Of a stretch of DNA of 64,000 bases, positions 47,129-58,944 are shown piece after piece. This DNA is from Macrostomum lignano (Eukaryota). Under the pieces are notes generated by a model, which searched no databases, was not told the DNA's origin, and saw nothing but the letters and a program-made list of their open reading frames with translations. Within the stretch, counting starts at the first letter, position 1, and every line of letters starts with the position of its first letter. The DNA is taken from positions 310,001-374,000 of the forward strand of contig NIVC01000763.1 in the NCBI GenBank assembly GCA_002269645.1. Reading direction: 5' to 3'. Made by a program: the position numbers and the translations under genes.

Positions 47129-47557
47129 TGTAGGGCCAAGTTACCGAAAATTTTGTCACGCACCCCATCCCGCTATGGGATATTTTAATCTCCACCCCGT
47201 GCCAACTTGCTATCCCTCCGTTTGCCTTTTTGTGTACCACATTTAATTGCATGTATTTTCATTACTCTGCTGTTGCTGGACTAGATGCGTTTCGTATACT
47301 TTCCTTAATCTGGTCCAGCGGCAAACTTTGCTCACGTTTACTTATAAATGTGCGTCCGTTTGTGTTTTGGTTTAACCTCCACCTCCTCCTCCTCCTCCAC
47401 CTACTTTTCCCTCCATTTTGACGCGTTAGTTTAATTCTGTACTCCTTCTACTTACTCTCTTAGTTTTATTTCATTTTAATTAACAGTAGGAATACCAAGC
47501 CATTTTTCCACCTGTCGAACTACCAAGAGGGGGGGAAAAATTCCCCCCCCCCTAACA
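47129..47557 (+). mobile_element. Probable 5' LTR of the Gypsy element
   Basis: Begins TGTAGGG and ends CTAACA, has a TATAAAT at about 47343, and is followed by TGCGCCAGAACAG, resembling a tRNA-Lys(UUU) PBS. No second copy is in the window to confirm it. Confidence 0.5.
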
Positions 47558-47875
47558 ATTTTTTTTGCTGCGCCAGAACAGAGCAACGCAGGCACACGAA
47601 ATTCAAGAACACGGGCTAACTTTTTGTTGCGCACCTTCTCAAACAAGAATCAAGTCGCCAACCCTCCGGACCATCGAGATATTTGACGATTCTGCCAGAA
47701 GGTCGGATTTTTCCCATAAGCGCTAGTGTATTCAGTACACCCCTGTGCGTCAAATAGCACTGCGCCTCAGTGCAGCCTTGCCAAGTCTCCAAATTTCATT
47801 AGCACGTTGACCAAATGTGTCTGCATCAGCTCTGACTTCGTTGGTTATTGGCCTTCACCGAGACGGAGCTTCTAG

Positions 47876-48210
47876 ACCTTCAACAGGTGGCACCAGGTGA
47901 CTATGAACACCTTGATGCAAATTTCTCAAGTTTCACCAATCAAGCCTCGACAGTAGGCAAGCCTCAACTGCCGGACACCCTCAGCTAGTCTCCTGAGCAT
48001 TCCGTCATCATCCCAACACCGTCGGCACCTTCAACAGGTGGCATCAGGTGACTATGGACGTCCTTTTGCAACTATGTCAGGTCTTTTTTATCAAGCTTCA
48101 ATAATGGGCAAACCTCAACCGACGGACATTGTTAGCTAGTCTCTCGAGCATTCCGTCATCACCCCGATGACGTCGGCACCTTCAACAAATGACACCAGAT
48201 GACTATGGAC
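47876..48210 (+). repeat. 151-bp tandem repeat (about 2.3 copies) in the Gypsy leader/gag region
   Basis: ACCTTCAACA recurs at 47876, 48027 and 48178. Confidence 0.85.
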
Positions 48211-48367
48211 AACCTGGTGCTGATTTCAGAATTGTAGAATTGTCAGAAAATGTTCTACTGTTAATCGTTGCACAGCGGCCTGCCAGTTTTGTCCATTATG
48301 AGAACTAATTGCTTTGGCCAATTGAGCGTTCCCACATTTTACCCCAGTTCAGAAGCAGGCTGAACTG

Positions 48368-49186
48368 GTGGATCAGTTCACTGTGGGAGTGCGGATTGCT
48401 CAGTCGGCCCAAGAACAGCTAATCCTGGTGCGACTGCCGAATCTGACCACAGCAAGACGGGCCGTGCTACGCCTGGAGATAGCAGCTAGCCTGGCTCAGC
48501 ATGTAGCACCGCCGCCAGCAGCGAGACACGTCCAGGTTTTCGAGGATGACAACGGTCAGACGCCCACTGTGGTGCAACACGACAAGTCATCTTGTCTCGA
48601 GGAAAACTGGCTGCGAGAAGTCATGGAACAACAAGCTAAGACACTGCAAGAGCAGCGACGCCTACTTGAAACTTTGAGTAATGAGATGCGAGAGTTCTAC
48701 TCACGGGGATCGCGCGACAACGACACCCCGGAGCCATGGGAACCACGACACCAGTCGCGGGACTCGTGGGACCAACGCTCCAAATGTCTGGTACCTCCGA
48801 CTCCTCGCCGCAGCGCTGATGGAAGCGCCCAATTTACAACGCCCGGCACAAGAACTATGCCGCACGACCAGTTCCAGCGACTTCAGCAACTGAGAGACGG
48901 CAGCAACCCGCTGCTGAGAATGCTGCCAGCAGGAGGTCAACGTTGACAGCAACAGCTGCAGCAGCAGCCGCAGCAGCGGCAACAGCAGCAACAATCAAGT
49001 TCAAGACCGCTGCCCTATCAGTTGCAACGGCAAAGTGCAATGTGCTACAGGTGCAACCGCGAGCATCGTGCTGACGAATGCCCGCACTGACGGTCGGCCA
49101 GCACCGCGTCCTAGCACAACGGCAGCTCGGAAAACGGGACAGCTGGACGTGCCATCGGGGGCAGTGCCATTCAGCAGCTGCGCCAG
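48368..49186 (+). pseudogene. Gypsy gag, C-terminal part, interrupted
   Basis: One frame with stops at 48944, 49088 and 49112; Gln-rich tract and CX2CX3HX4C knuckle. Confidence 0.8.
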
Positions 49187-52100
49187 CACTAAAGTCTCCG
49201 CCGCAGACTTTTGTCGCTCAGCATGCCACTGCTGAGCCCGCCTCCGCTGCACCTGTACAGAGCTTTGCACCCAAGCGACCTCGAAGAGATCCGTTTATAA
49301 CTGGTGAGATTCAGGGTCGTTATTGTGCTTTTCTACTTGACACCGGTTCTAAGTGCGAAGTCCTAGGCTTCAGCACCTGGCATCGCCTATGTACCGACGA
49401 CCCGACCCTGCGTGGCCAAATCAAGCCCTGCCTACAGCGCATCGTGACCTACAATGGTGAACCAATTCAGATGGCAGGAGAATTAACTATTAAAGTGAAG
49501 ATTGGGAATTTCGAGCCTATAGTCAAGTTTCTGCTAGCGAAAGGATCTCATGACAACATCCTGGGTTTCGAGTTTCTGGAGAAGTATAGCACCTCACTGG
49601 ATCTCGCCGCCGGGATGCTGTTCTTCAAGGACAGCACTGCTGCACCACTCCGTTACACACGAACAGAAGCGACAATGTGCAGAATTTACACGGCTGAGAG
49701 CACGACTGTGCCGCTGCTATCATCAGCCCGAATCAAGATTAAACTTGCCAAAGGACAAGAAGAGAACCAGGGTACACCCGCCGTGATTGAGCCGTTGAAA
49801 CCGGCTCGGCACGAAGAAGATGTGCAGCACCTGGACGCCGCGCCTGCCCTGATATCTATGGCCAATGGAGAAGGTGCTATTGAGATGATTAATCAGGGAA
49901 CAACATCGATCAAAGTACGAGTGAATGCCTTAGTCGGGATTGCTAGACCCATCAGACTGCCCGAGTTACAGTTCTTCCCGCTGCTGAAGCCAGAAGACTC
50001 AGTCAATCAAATCCAAGACAAAGATCCTGATGCTTGGATCAAGGAGATTGACATCAGCGAAGATCTGTCCAGTGACCAGCGAGCTCAAGTCATCGAGCTA
50101 TTGAAAAAGTACAAGACCATCTTCTCTCAGGGGCCACACGATCTTGGCCAAACCCACCTGGTCACCTACAGTATTGTGCTAAAGGACACGAATCCGGTGC
50201 ATCTGCCGACTCGCCGTATCCCGCCGCATCTGCTACCCAAAGTGGACCAGCTACTCGATGATCTGCTGGCCAAAGGCGTGATTTGACCAAGCTTCTCCAG
50301 CTACAACACCCCGCTGGTGATCATCCCGAAGAAGGACGGCAGCCTGCGAATTGTGCAAGATTTCCGGAGTCTAAATCAAAAGTGCGAGTATTTTCCGTAC
50401 CCAATTCTTAATATCCAAGAAGCATTCGCCAGCCTCGAGAAAAGCCAGCTATTCAGCACATTCGACCTCAATAGTGGCTACTATCAGATTCCACTGCATC
50501 CAGAAGATCAAGATCTGACTGCCTTCGCTACGCTACACCGCGGACAATTCGCCTACAATGTCATGCCTATGGGACTAAGTTCAGCGCCAGCCAGCTTCAT
50601 GCGCCTCATGAATGCTGTACTCAATGGGATTGCCTACAAAAGCGCAATAGCCTACCTGGATGACGTAATTGTTTATTCTAAGAAATTTAACGACCATCTG
50701 CTGCATATGGAAGAGGTATTTAAGTGAATTCAAGATGCTAATTTAAAATTCAAAGGCAAGAAATGTCATCTATTTTGGACCAGTTTAAACTATCTGGGAC
50801 ACGTGGTAACAAAGGATGGAATCAAGACTGACCCGGCGAAAATCGAAGCTATTCAAACTTGGCCAAGACCAAGAACAGCTCAGCAACTGAAAAGTTTCGT
50901 CTGCACTTGCGCTTATTATGCTAAATTTGTACCTGGCTACGCAGAACTTGTTGCTCCACTCCATGATCTGATTAAGGAAAAGAAGATCCGAAATTTCAAT
51001 TGTCTATGGGGAAAAGCCCAGCAAGACACGTTCGACCAGCTCAAGGCAGCTATGACTTCGACATCAGTGCTCGTGTATTTGCAGTTCAGCGAAGATCCGA
51101 ACTTAATATTTGTCCTAGACACGGATGCTTCTGCGACCAGAATCGGAGCTTGCCTGAGCCAACGCCAGGCGGATGGAGTCGAGCGACCAATTGGCTATTT
51201 CTCCCGGCGACTCAAACCGGCCGAAGCCCGGTATCCGATTACCAAGCAAGAGCTCTTGGCAGTCGTAGATGGAATGCGACATTTCAGATTCTACCTGCTG
51301 GCCAAGAAGTTCATCTGCCGAACCGATCATGCCGCTTTAACCTGGATTCTCCGACAAACTCAACAAGTAGGAATTTTTGGACGATGGCTACAACGCCTAA
51401 GCGAATTTGAATTCGAGATCCAGCATCGGAAGTCAAGTCAGCACCAGAACGCCGACGGTCTATCGAGATGGCCCGAAGACGACGCCGAATGCATGGAGGA
51501 GGCTTAGCGCGAGGCAGCTGACGAGGACCAAAGTAAGCAGCCAGCCGCGATAACTGGCGCAGCGGCGCCGAAGGTCCCCGACAGCAGCCACCCTAGTCCT
51601 CCACCAAGCAAGAAGCAATCGACCCGCCGTCACCGACGAAAGCCGCCGACAAAGCTGAAAGAGTCCGACAGCGAGGCTACGCCACCAGCAACATCGACAG
51701 CCAACAGCAAGTCGCTGACAGTGCTGCACCCGCCGGCGACGAAGCTGAGGCCATCAGCCAGCCATCTGCGAGACTCTCAGAGATTGCCCACCAGTTTTAG
51801 CAGTACGACATGTTGCCCGTCAAGGAGCCGCCATCTACTAGCTGGAGGCGACAAGGACAGCGACCACAGCGCAGCCAGCGACGACCGCTGCCAACCCGTT
51901 CGCCGTCTTGTGTTCAAGAAGGTGAGATTTAGCCTTGACGTCGATAGCTCTGCTGACTCACTCTCATCTTTTGATGAATCCAATGCTGACGACACCGACG
52001 CCAAACTGACCAACGAGGATCGGCCTTCAAATCCTTCAACAACCCGGCAACTGGCCAGAGTAGCAATCATGCGGAGGGAGCTCCAGACCCTGAACCATGA

Positions 52101-53650
52101 CGCCACAGCTGAAGCCACACCGTCTAATTCGACTAACTGACGCCAAGCATTGAATCTAACTGATCACATCCCAAGGCCAATCACTCGTGAGGAGCTCCAG
52201 ACTCACTAGCATGCTGATTCTGCCATCGCGATGATGATCAACCTTATTGAAAGTCGACAACCGAAGCCGCCGCTGAATCAGCGATTAAATCTGACAAGAG
52301 ATGAGCGAAATCTCTTAGTGTTTTACGAACAGTTAGAGGTCCGAGACGACGGACTTTTAGTCATCCATCTCGACGATGTCGGTGAAGAGGACACAGCAAG
52401 GATCATCCTGCCAAAGAGTCTCGATGCCACGGTGTTCGATGACCTGCATGGTTCGCCCTACTGCGGACACATGGGCCAAGATCTCACCATCGCAAAGGTG
52501 CGCGAGAGGTTCTGGCGACTGGCCCTGGCCAAGGCCGTGTCCGACTATGTCGCTTCCTGCCAGACCTGCACTCAGAGCAAGGGACGGCGACGCATCCCAG
52601 CGCATGTACAATCATTTCCAGTCTGCGAAATCTATGGGCGATGCGCGATCAACATCATGGGCCCCACTGGAGACCCGACAGACCGAGGCAACAAGTACAT
52701 CCTCACCTATGTCGACACGACGTCGAAGAATCCATTCGCCTTTGCCATGAAGAATCAGCGGGCCAAGACGATTATAACTCTGCTCCAAGATCCCCGCGTG
52801 GATCCATTTGGATCAAGGCAAGCAGTTCACCGGGCACGAGTTTCGACATTTCTGTGAAGTCCATGGCATCCAGCAAATGACAACGCCGCCATGCTCGCCT
52901 TGGGCCAACAGACAAGCTGAATCGTGCAATAAAAACATCAAAAAAGTGCTCACTTGTCTCCTGGAAGATCACCAACAATGGGACAAGATGTTGCCAGCCG
53001 CTTTGACAGCCCTGCAATCTGAAGTCAACCGTACGACGGGTTTCTTGCCGCATTACGTCATCTATGGAGTGCCTTATCGGTACCTGATCGATAATACCCT
53101 GGACCACCTGGACGTATCACCGGACCTCCCCGAGTACATCGCGAAGCATCAGCGCCGACTGGCCAAGACCGAAAGAATTGTACGACAGTGATTGCGAGCT
53201 GAGATCCAACGCCGCGAAGAGTATTATGAAAACCGGCCTAAGCCCATGGAACTGCAGCCTGGAGACCTGGTCTGCCTGGCCAACCCGAAGCTCAAATTGG
53301 GAGAACTGCCAAAGTTTCACTGGCCGTACAAGAGCTTGTACAAAGTCAATAGAAAGGTTGGCGAAGTAGCCTATTGGATCCAGCCAGCGACAGCCCGTCG
53401 AGGACACCCCGCTGAGATGTTGGTGCACCGCAACAACATTATCAAAGTGCCGCAAATGATGGTAAATCGACCGCAGGCGCCGCCGCGCCAAACCGAGCGG
53501 CCAATGTTGCCCTACGAGTCGAGCGACGACAGCGAAGTCGACCCAGCCGATCAGCCCGCTCCTGAACAACTAGCCACAGCTCAGCCTGACATGCGCGGCA
53601 GCCAATTGTTCGAGCCAAGCCTCTGCCATCCAGAAGTGCTACCCGAAGGC
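49078..53650 (+). pseudogene. Gypsy pol (PR-RT-RH-long linker-IN), interrupted
   Basis: ORFs 49078, 50317, 50803, 51721 and 52231 share one frame; ORFs 52808 and 53192 share the next frame. Confidence 0.92.
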
Positions 53651-53958
53651 GACCCGGAACACACCCAGAACATCGAGGGAACATGGGGTCATGTCAAGGC
53701 CAAGCTAAGACGGATGCGTGGCACGTCGGGCGCACTCTTTGACACTTACCTCCAGGAGTTTATCTGGAGGCGCCATTGGGGAAGAGAGCATCATTTTGAA
53801 AATTTCATTTACTGGGTCCGGCACTACTACCCATGCTGACTTTTACCCATGCTGACTTTTAGCTTTTACCGTAAGCCCATAAAAATATTTATATTTTAAA
53901 TATAAAAAATTTGAAAAAACTTAGAAAATAATTTACGGTCGGGTAAGGAAAGATTACC
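53651..53958 (+). mobile_element. 3' end of a Merlin (IS1595/ISXO2-like) DNA transposon: transposase C-terminus and candidate right TIR
   Basis: HTQNIEGTWGHVKAKLRRMRGTS..LFDTYLQEFIWRR is the H-T-x-x-I-E-x-x-W...YL.EF.WR signature; stop at 53839. Candidate TIR at 53937-53958 (reverse complement starts GGTAATC). Confidence 0.75.
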
Positions 53959-54652
53959 CCTAAGGCTAAGATTTTCTAAGTAATTTTCTATTTAAAAACA
54001 GAATGGCTATAACTAAAATTGTATTTTTCTTGTCACCAAAATGACTTCTGCTTGTCTTCTGCTTATATATAGGCCTAAGTTAGGCCTATAACTTAAACTT
54101 AGCAATCTTTTACTTGGCAATCTTATATTTATAGTCTATTAAAGATCAAATATGGATCTAATATGGCTGCTATGTTGATAAAACTTGCATGGTGGCTGTG
54201 TCATTAATATTGAATGGGTTCACACTTAGAGACACAGTAGGTGCACTGGCCGTGTCTATAATATTGGAGCTCATAGACATGGCTGCCATGATGAACAAAA
54301 ATTTGGCAAACTTTTTATAAAATAAATTTTGTAAAAATCTGTAAATTAAATTTGAATACTTACAGATATAGCTACATATATAATTACTGTTTCACTATAA
54401 GATTTAGTGAATTACTTTTATTAAAAAATTAAATTTAATTAATTATTTTATTTTAATTAAAAAACTTACCTAGCATTTGCTTTGCCAAATTGGCAGTTGC
54501 CAAACTTACTTGTCATTGTCAACAAATCAGTTGTTGCCAAATTAGCTTGTTGCCAAATTGACTGGAAACTATTTACTACTAGGGGCCTAGGTCTAGCTAT
54601 TTATTAAATATATAGGACTATATGTAGACGCTAAAAAATGATTCTAGACTAC

Positions 54653-54912
54653 AGGCCTTTTCATATTGCTTGCTCTGGTTCCAGAACCAGAACCAATTTG
54701 TGAAGTATAACTTTTTGTCTCCATAACTAGAGGGAGATACGTGCTATAAAGTTTTTATTATTGAATGACAATCGCCAAGAAGAAAGTGAAAAATTGTGCT
54801 AAGTTAGGTTGTTAAGGCAGTCAAATATTAACAGAGTTTAATAGTTATACTGCTGTTTTTCTTGGAATTCCGAACCGATTCTGGTTCTGGAATTGGTAAT
54901 ATGAAAAGGCCC
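54653..54912. mobile_element. About 260-bp MITE, PIF/Harbinger-like
   Basis: TIRs (A/G)GGCCTTTTCATATT with a subterminal inverted TTCCAGAACCAGAA; 3-bp flanking duplication TAC. Confidence 0.55.
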
Positions 54913-55059
54913 TACTAGATTCAGACTTTAGACAGATAAAATCAAAGAAAACTAAATGTATTTAAAAAGCAGTAAAAAAACAAAGAAAATGTATTGAATT
55001 TCTCATGTTGTTACTAAAAAAGTGCCATACAAAAACTAGCAGTCAGTAACGTATTGCTT

Positions 55060-56170
55060 TGTTTATATAACCAATAATATGTGTTTCCGGTGTTTTCCGA
55101 TACTTTTCACTTCGACTTCAACAGTAGACTTTATTAATATGAGGTGGGGGTGGAGAAGAACTTTCTTAGAACGGTTGTTTTTGAATTTGCTGACACCAGT
55201 GAGGTGGGGCGGATTCCTCGTTTGAATTGCCGCCGGCGTTGAGTTCGCACGAATAAAACCGGAAAAACGCGCAGACGAATCACAACGAAATTTCTTCTCC
55301 TGTTTTACTCCGACAGCCGGGTTCTCAAGTCCGGGGGGAGGGTAGTTGTAATCGTAGTCGAGCGGTCGTATAGCGGCCCGGTCGTTCAGATCCGTAGACT
55401 CAATTGGTCTTGACACCGTAAATCTGCTTTTGAATTGTCGTACTGATTACTGTCAGTAGAGTAGCGCTGCCACCACCGTAATTTGATCCGTATTACGGAA
55501 CGTTGGGATCTCAGAGCTCGCTTAGAGTTGAGATCGATTCGGTTGTTTAACGCCCCACGGGCAAATGACTCAAGATAACTATTATGGGCTTCGATGATTG
55601 AACAACTTATTTTAATTATTACTGGGTTTATTTATTGAGCAGGCTGGGTTGCTGGTTAAATTAGAAAAGTTATTTGAAACAAAACCCGACGGTGATCGCG
55701 GCCGGTGCCGGGTGCCAATTTCACTAACCAAAGAAAACTTAAAACACCAAACTAAGTTATGCTACGTTAAACCAACAAAAGAAACTAAAAACAAAAACAA
55801 AACAAAACCAAGAACACGAGCATAATAACAGGCGGCCCGAATTGGCCATATAAATAGAGGAAGTGTCGCCCGGACAGGGATGGGGCAACAGATGGGGCAA
55901 CAAGGCAAGGGATGGGGCAGAGAATGGGGCAAAAGATGGGGCAACGGACGGCAACAAAGCCGGGAACGGAGAAAAAACAAAACTTAGAGCATCGGCAAAA
56001 GATGGGGCGAGGGATGGGGCATGGGACGGCGCACCGGGTGACAAAATACAACGAGTCACAGCGGTGATGTCACCCGTCTCACGAAACGTTCTTGCTCGGA
56101 GTGGTAGCTCGCCCTACCACAAATACAAACCAAGCGCAAGCGGCACAAAACTTGACAATACTGTTAAGTG
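55060..56170 (-). mobile_element. Probable truncated LTR element: LTR, tRNA-Leu PBS and short leader
   Basis: Minus-strand TGGTGGCAGCG (55475-55465) is complementary to the tRNA-Leu 3' end CGCTGCCACCA. AATAAA near 55630 and a TATA-like box near 55850 are in the expected order; LTR ends were not defined. Confidence 0.4.
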
Positions 56171-56820
56171 TTAGCGCCGAACCGAAAGTGAGATGAGATT
56201 CCAGCACTAGTTCCTCTCGATGAACTTGCACCTTGCATCGTATAGACTTTGTCGTGTTGTAGTAGGGGCCTAGTGTTTGTAGTGTTACCTAGCTTATTAT
56301 TTATTTTATACCTATTATGATTGCAGTCTTTTTATCCCAATATTATAATTGTTGCATTTCCTAAGCTTATATCATGTCTGTTTTCTCCAACGTCGAAATT
56401 GTAGGCCTAGTAATATAAAACTTTGTCTAGGCCTATTTATTATTTTGTATAGCCTAAATCAAGCTAGGCCCCTAGGCTTCTCTCTTTCTTTAAAAATATG
56501 TTGGTTAGTGTTAGGCCTAACTATTGCTTTCACTTTTATTATTATTATTGTAGCAGAAGATGAAAGAACTAGACTTATTGTCATTACAAATAGGCCTATT
56601 ATCATTTAAATTTATAAGAAGTTAAGAGATTTTCAGATTTAATCAGCTATTTATAGGCCTTACACAATGATTAGGCCTAGTAGTAAAGATTTATTATATT
56701 AAGCATAGGCCCTATTCATTAATTTTATTCTATTTAATAAATCTTATCTTATTTGTCCAGTAAAAAGTAAAAACTTTTTGTATCCTAACTTTTGACTAAT
56801 TATAGGCCTATAGAAATGTT

Positions 56821-57678
56821 GGCATTCTTTCAGTTTACGATCATTTTTCCACCCACATTTCGGTTCACGATCCCCATGTAATTTTTCATATAAATGATCA
56901 TAGCTTGCTTGAAATAAACAAAAATTGTTAAACTGAGCTTATTTGTTACATTAGAAAAAACTGAACGGAATAGCCGACAAATGGTTTCTTTAATGGCATT
57001 GCGATGACGAGGATCCTATATATCCACTTCGGTTCACGATCATTTACATGTATTTCTTCAATTTAAATGATCGTGAACCGAAGCTAAGGGGGGTGTCGAA
57101 GACATATGTAGTCATATATTTATTTGTTGGCTTGTTGGCGATTGAAATGTCATCTTGAGTTAACGTGCGCTCCCAAGTAACTTGATGCTTTATTATTCTC
57201 TGCACGCTGCCACCGCCTTCTCAGCTTCGGTTTATGATCATTTACATATATTTCTGCCATTTAAATGATCGTAAACCGAAGTGGATATATAGGATCCTCT
57301 GCATGGAACAGTTCTGAGACGTGAAATGGTACACTAAAACCCCTTACCTTTGGTTCACAATCATTTACATGTATTTCTGCCATTTAAATGATCATAAACC
57401 GAAGTGGATATATAGGATCCTCTGCATGGAACAGTTCTGAAACGAGTTCTATAACGAGCAATTCTTTCAATTTGATGAATATATGCGAATGAACAGATCT
57501 CTTTGCATCGTTTCATTCTGGTTGGCATTCGATCGTTTGACGACAGAAAAATAAAAAGGCTTGGAGTGATTTCAGTGCTGGTTTAAAAAATGATTAAAAA
57601 ACACAAATTTCTTACTCTTGCGTATCTTTCTTATGGGGATCGTCACCAATTTCAGGGATCGTAAACCGAAGGAATGCC
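56821..57678. mobile_element. Non-autonomous TIR element with 8-bp TSD and GG-starting TIRs (Merlin-like)
   Basis: 22-bp TIRs match at 20/22 (GGCATTCTTTCAGTTTACGATC); identical flanks GAAATGTT at 56813-56820 and 57679-57686. Confidence 0.8.
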
Positions 57679-57996
57679 GAAATGTTCAATAAATTTTTTT
57701 GCTTAAATTTGATTCTTTCTATTTTTAAAGTCCGAAAATATAGAATAATAGAGATAAAAGAAATAGAAGAGAGAGAAAAAACAGAGTGTAGAAAATAGGC
57801 TTAGGGGCTCCAATAAGATTTTGAAACTTCTTAATTTATATTTTTTTTATTATATAGGCCTAGTATGATAGATCTTGCTTGTATGAATAAAAAGATATCT
57901 CACTTTTGAAATTTGGATAAAAATAAAAAAGTTGGGCTATGCAAAATTTTGTCATTGAACTTTTTTGGCTTGTAATGTATTTTTCCCATAAGAGAC

Positions 57997-58944
57997 TATA
58001 GGGCCTAATCATTTTTGCAGATAATTATAATGCTTGCCAAAGTCTGCTTGCCAAACTTTGCTTGCAGGAAATTTGCTTGCAGGAATTTTGCTTGCCGAGG
58101 TTTGCTTGCCAAAGTTTGCTTGCGGAATTTTGCTTGCCAAAGTTTATGGCAAAGTAATGCTAACAAAGACTAAGTAAATATACATATTTTTATACTTGTA
58201 TTTTTATTATACTATCACTATTAGTTTGTAATTATAAGCAGAGCGTCAGTAGCGGATCCAGAAAATTTTGAACTGGGGGGGGCGCACAGACTACTAAGGT
58301 ACATATATATTCATATCATGTACAAGTATATGTATATGATAATATGTATTTTCCATATAAAAAATCAAAAAAATCAAACTCAACGGGGGGGCGCGCCCTG
58401 TGCGCCCTCCTCTAAATTCGCTACTGCAGAGCGTTGGGTAAATGAAAATTAGAAATAAAAGAGCTCAAAAATTGGTTCTTTACGGTTCCGCTAAAAAAAC
58501 TTTGGATAGCGAACCTCAATCAGCAAGCAAATTTCCTGCAAGCAAAGTTCGGCAAGCAAATTTCCTGCAAGCAAAATTCGGCAAGCAAATTTCCTGCAAG
58601 CAAAGTTCGGCAGGCAAAATTCTACAAGCAAACTTCGGCAAGCAAAGTTCAACAAGCAAAGCTCAGCAAGCAAATTTCCTGCAAGCAAAATTCAGCAAGC
58701 AAACTTCGGCAAGCAAAGTTTGACAAGCAAAGCTTGGCAAGCAAAATTCCGCAAGCAAAGCTTGGCAAGCAAAATTCCACAAGCAAAGTTCGGCAAGCAA
58801 ACCTCGGCAAGCAAAATTCCGCAAGCAAACTTCGGCAAGCAAAATTCCGCAAGCAAACTTCGGCAAGCAAACCCCAGCAAGCAAAATTCTGCAAGCAAAC
58901 TTTGGCAAGCAAACTTCTCGCAAGCAAATTTCATAGACCCTATA
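57997..58944. mobile_element. Foldback-type element with inverted arrays of 15-16-bp GCAAGCAAA subrepeats
   Basis: Left array about 58030-58145 in TTGCTTGC orientation, right array about 58520-58928 in GCAAGCAAA orientation; termini TATAGGGCCTA / TAGACCCTATA. Confidence 0.7.
58247..58426. mobile_element. 180-bp hAT-type MITE
   Basis: TIRs CAGTAGCGGAT / ATTCGCTACTG; perfect 8-bp TSD CAGAGCGT at 58239-58246 and 58427-58434. Confidence 0.9.

Larger units (their letters stand above)
47129..53650 (+). mobile_element. Ty3/Gypsy LTR retrotransposon, inactivated, 3' end truncated
   Basis: gag (DQFTVG; CYRCNREHRADEC knuckle at 49043-49081) followed by PR (LLDTGS), RT (YLDD), RH (LDTDAS) and IN (HHCC, DQGKQF, NRQAE). 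In-frame stops at 50284, 50725, 51505, 52138, 52207, 53189 and one frameshift near 52800. Confidence 0.93.

Noticed and set aside
53840-56200. 3' LTR of the Gypsy element
   Set aside because: No sequence matching 47129-47557 was found downstream of the integrase.
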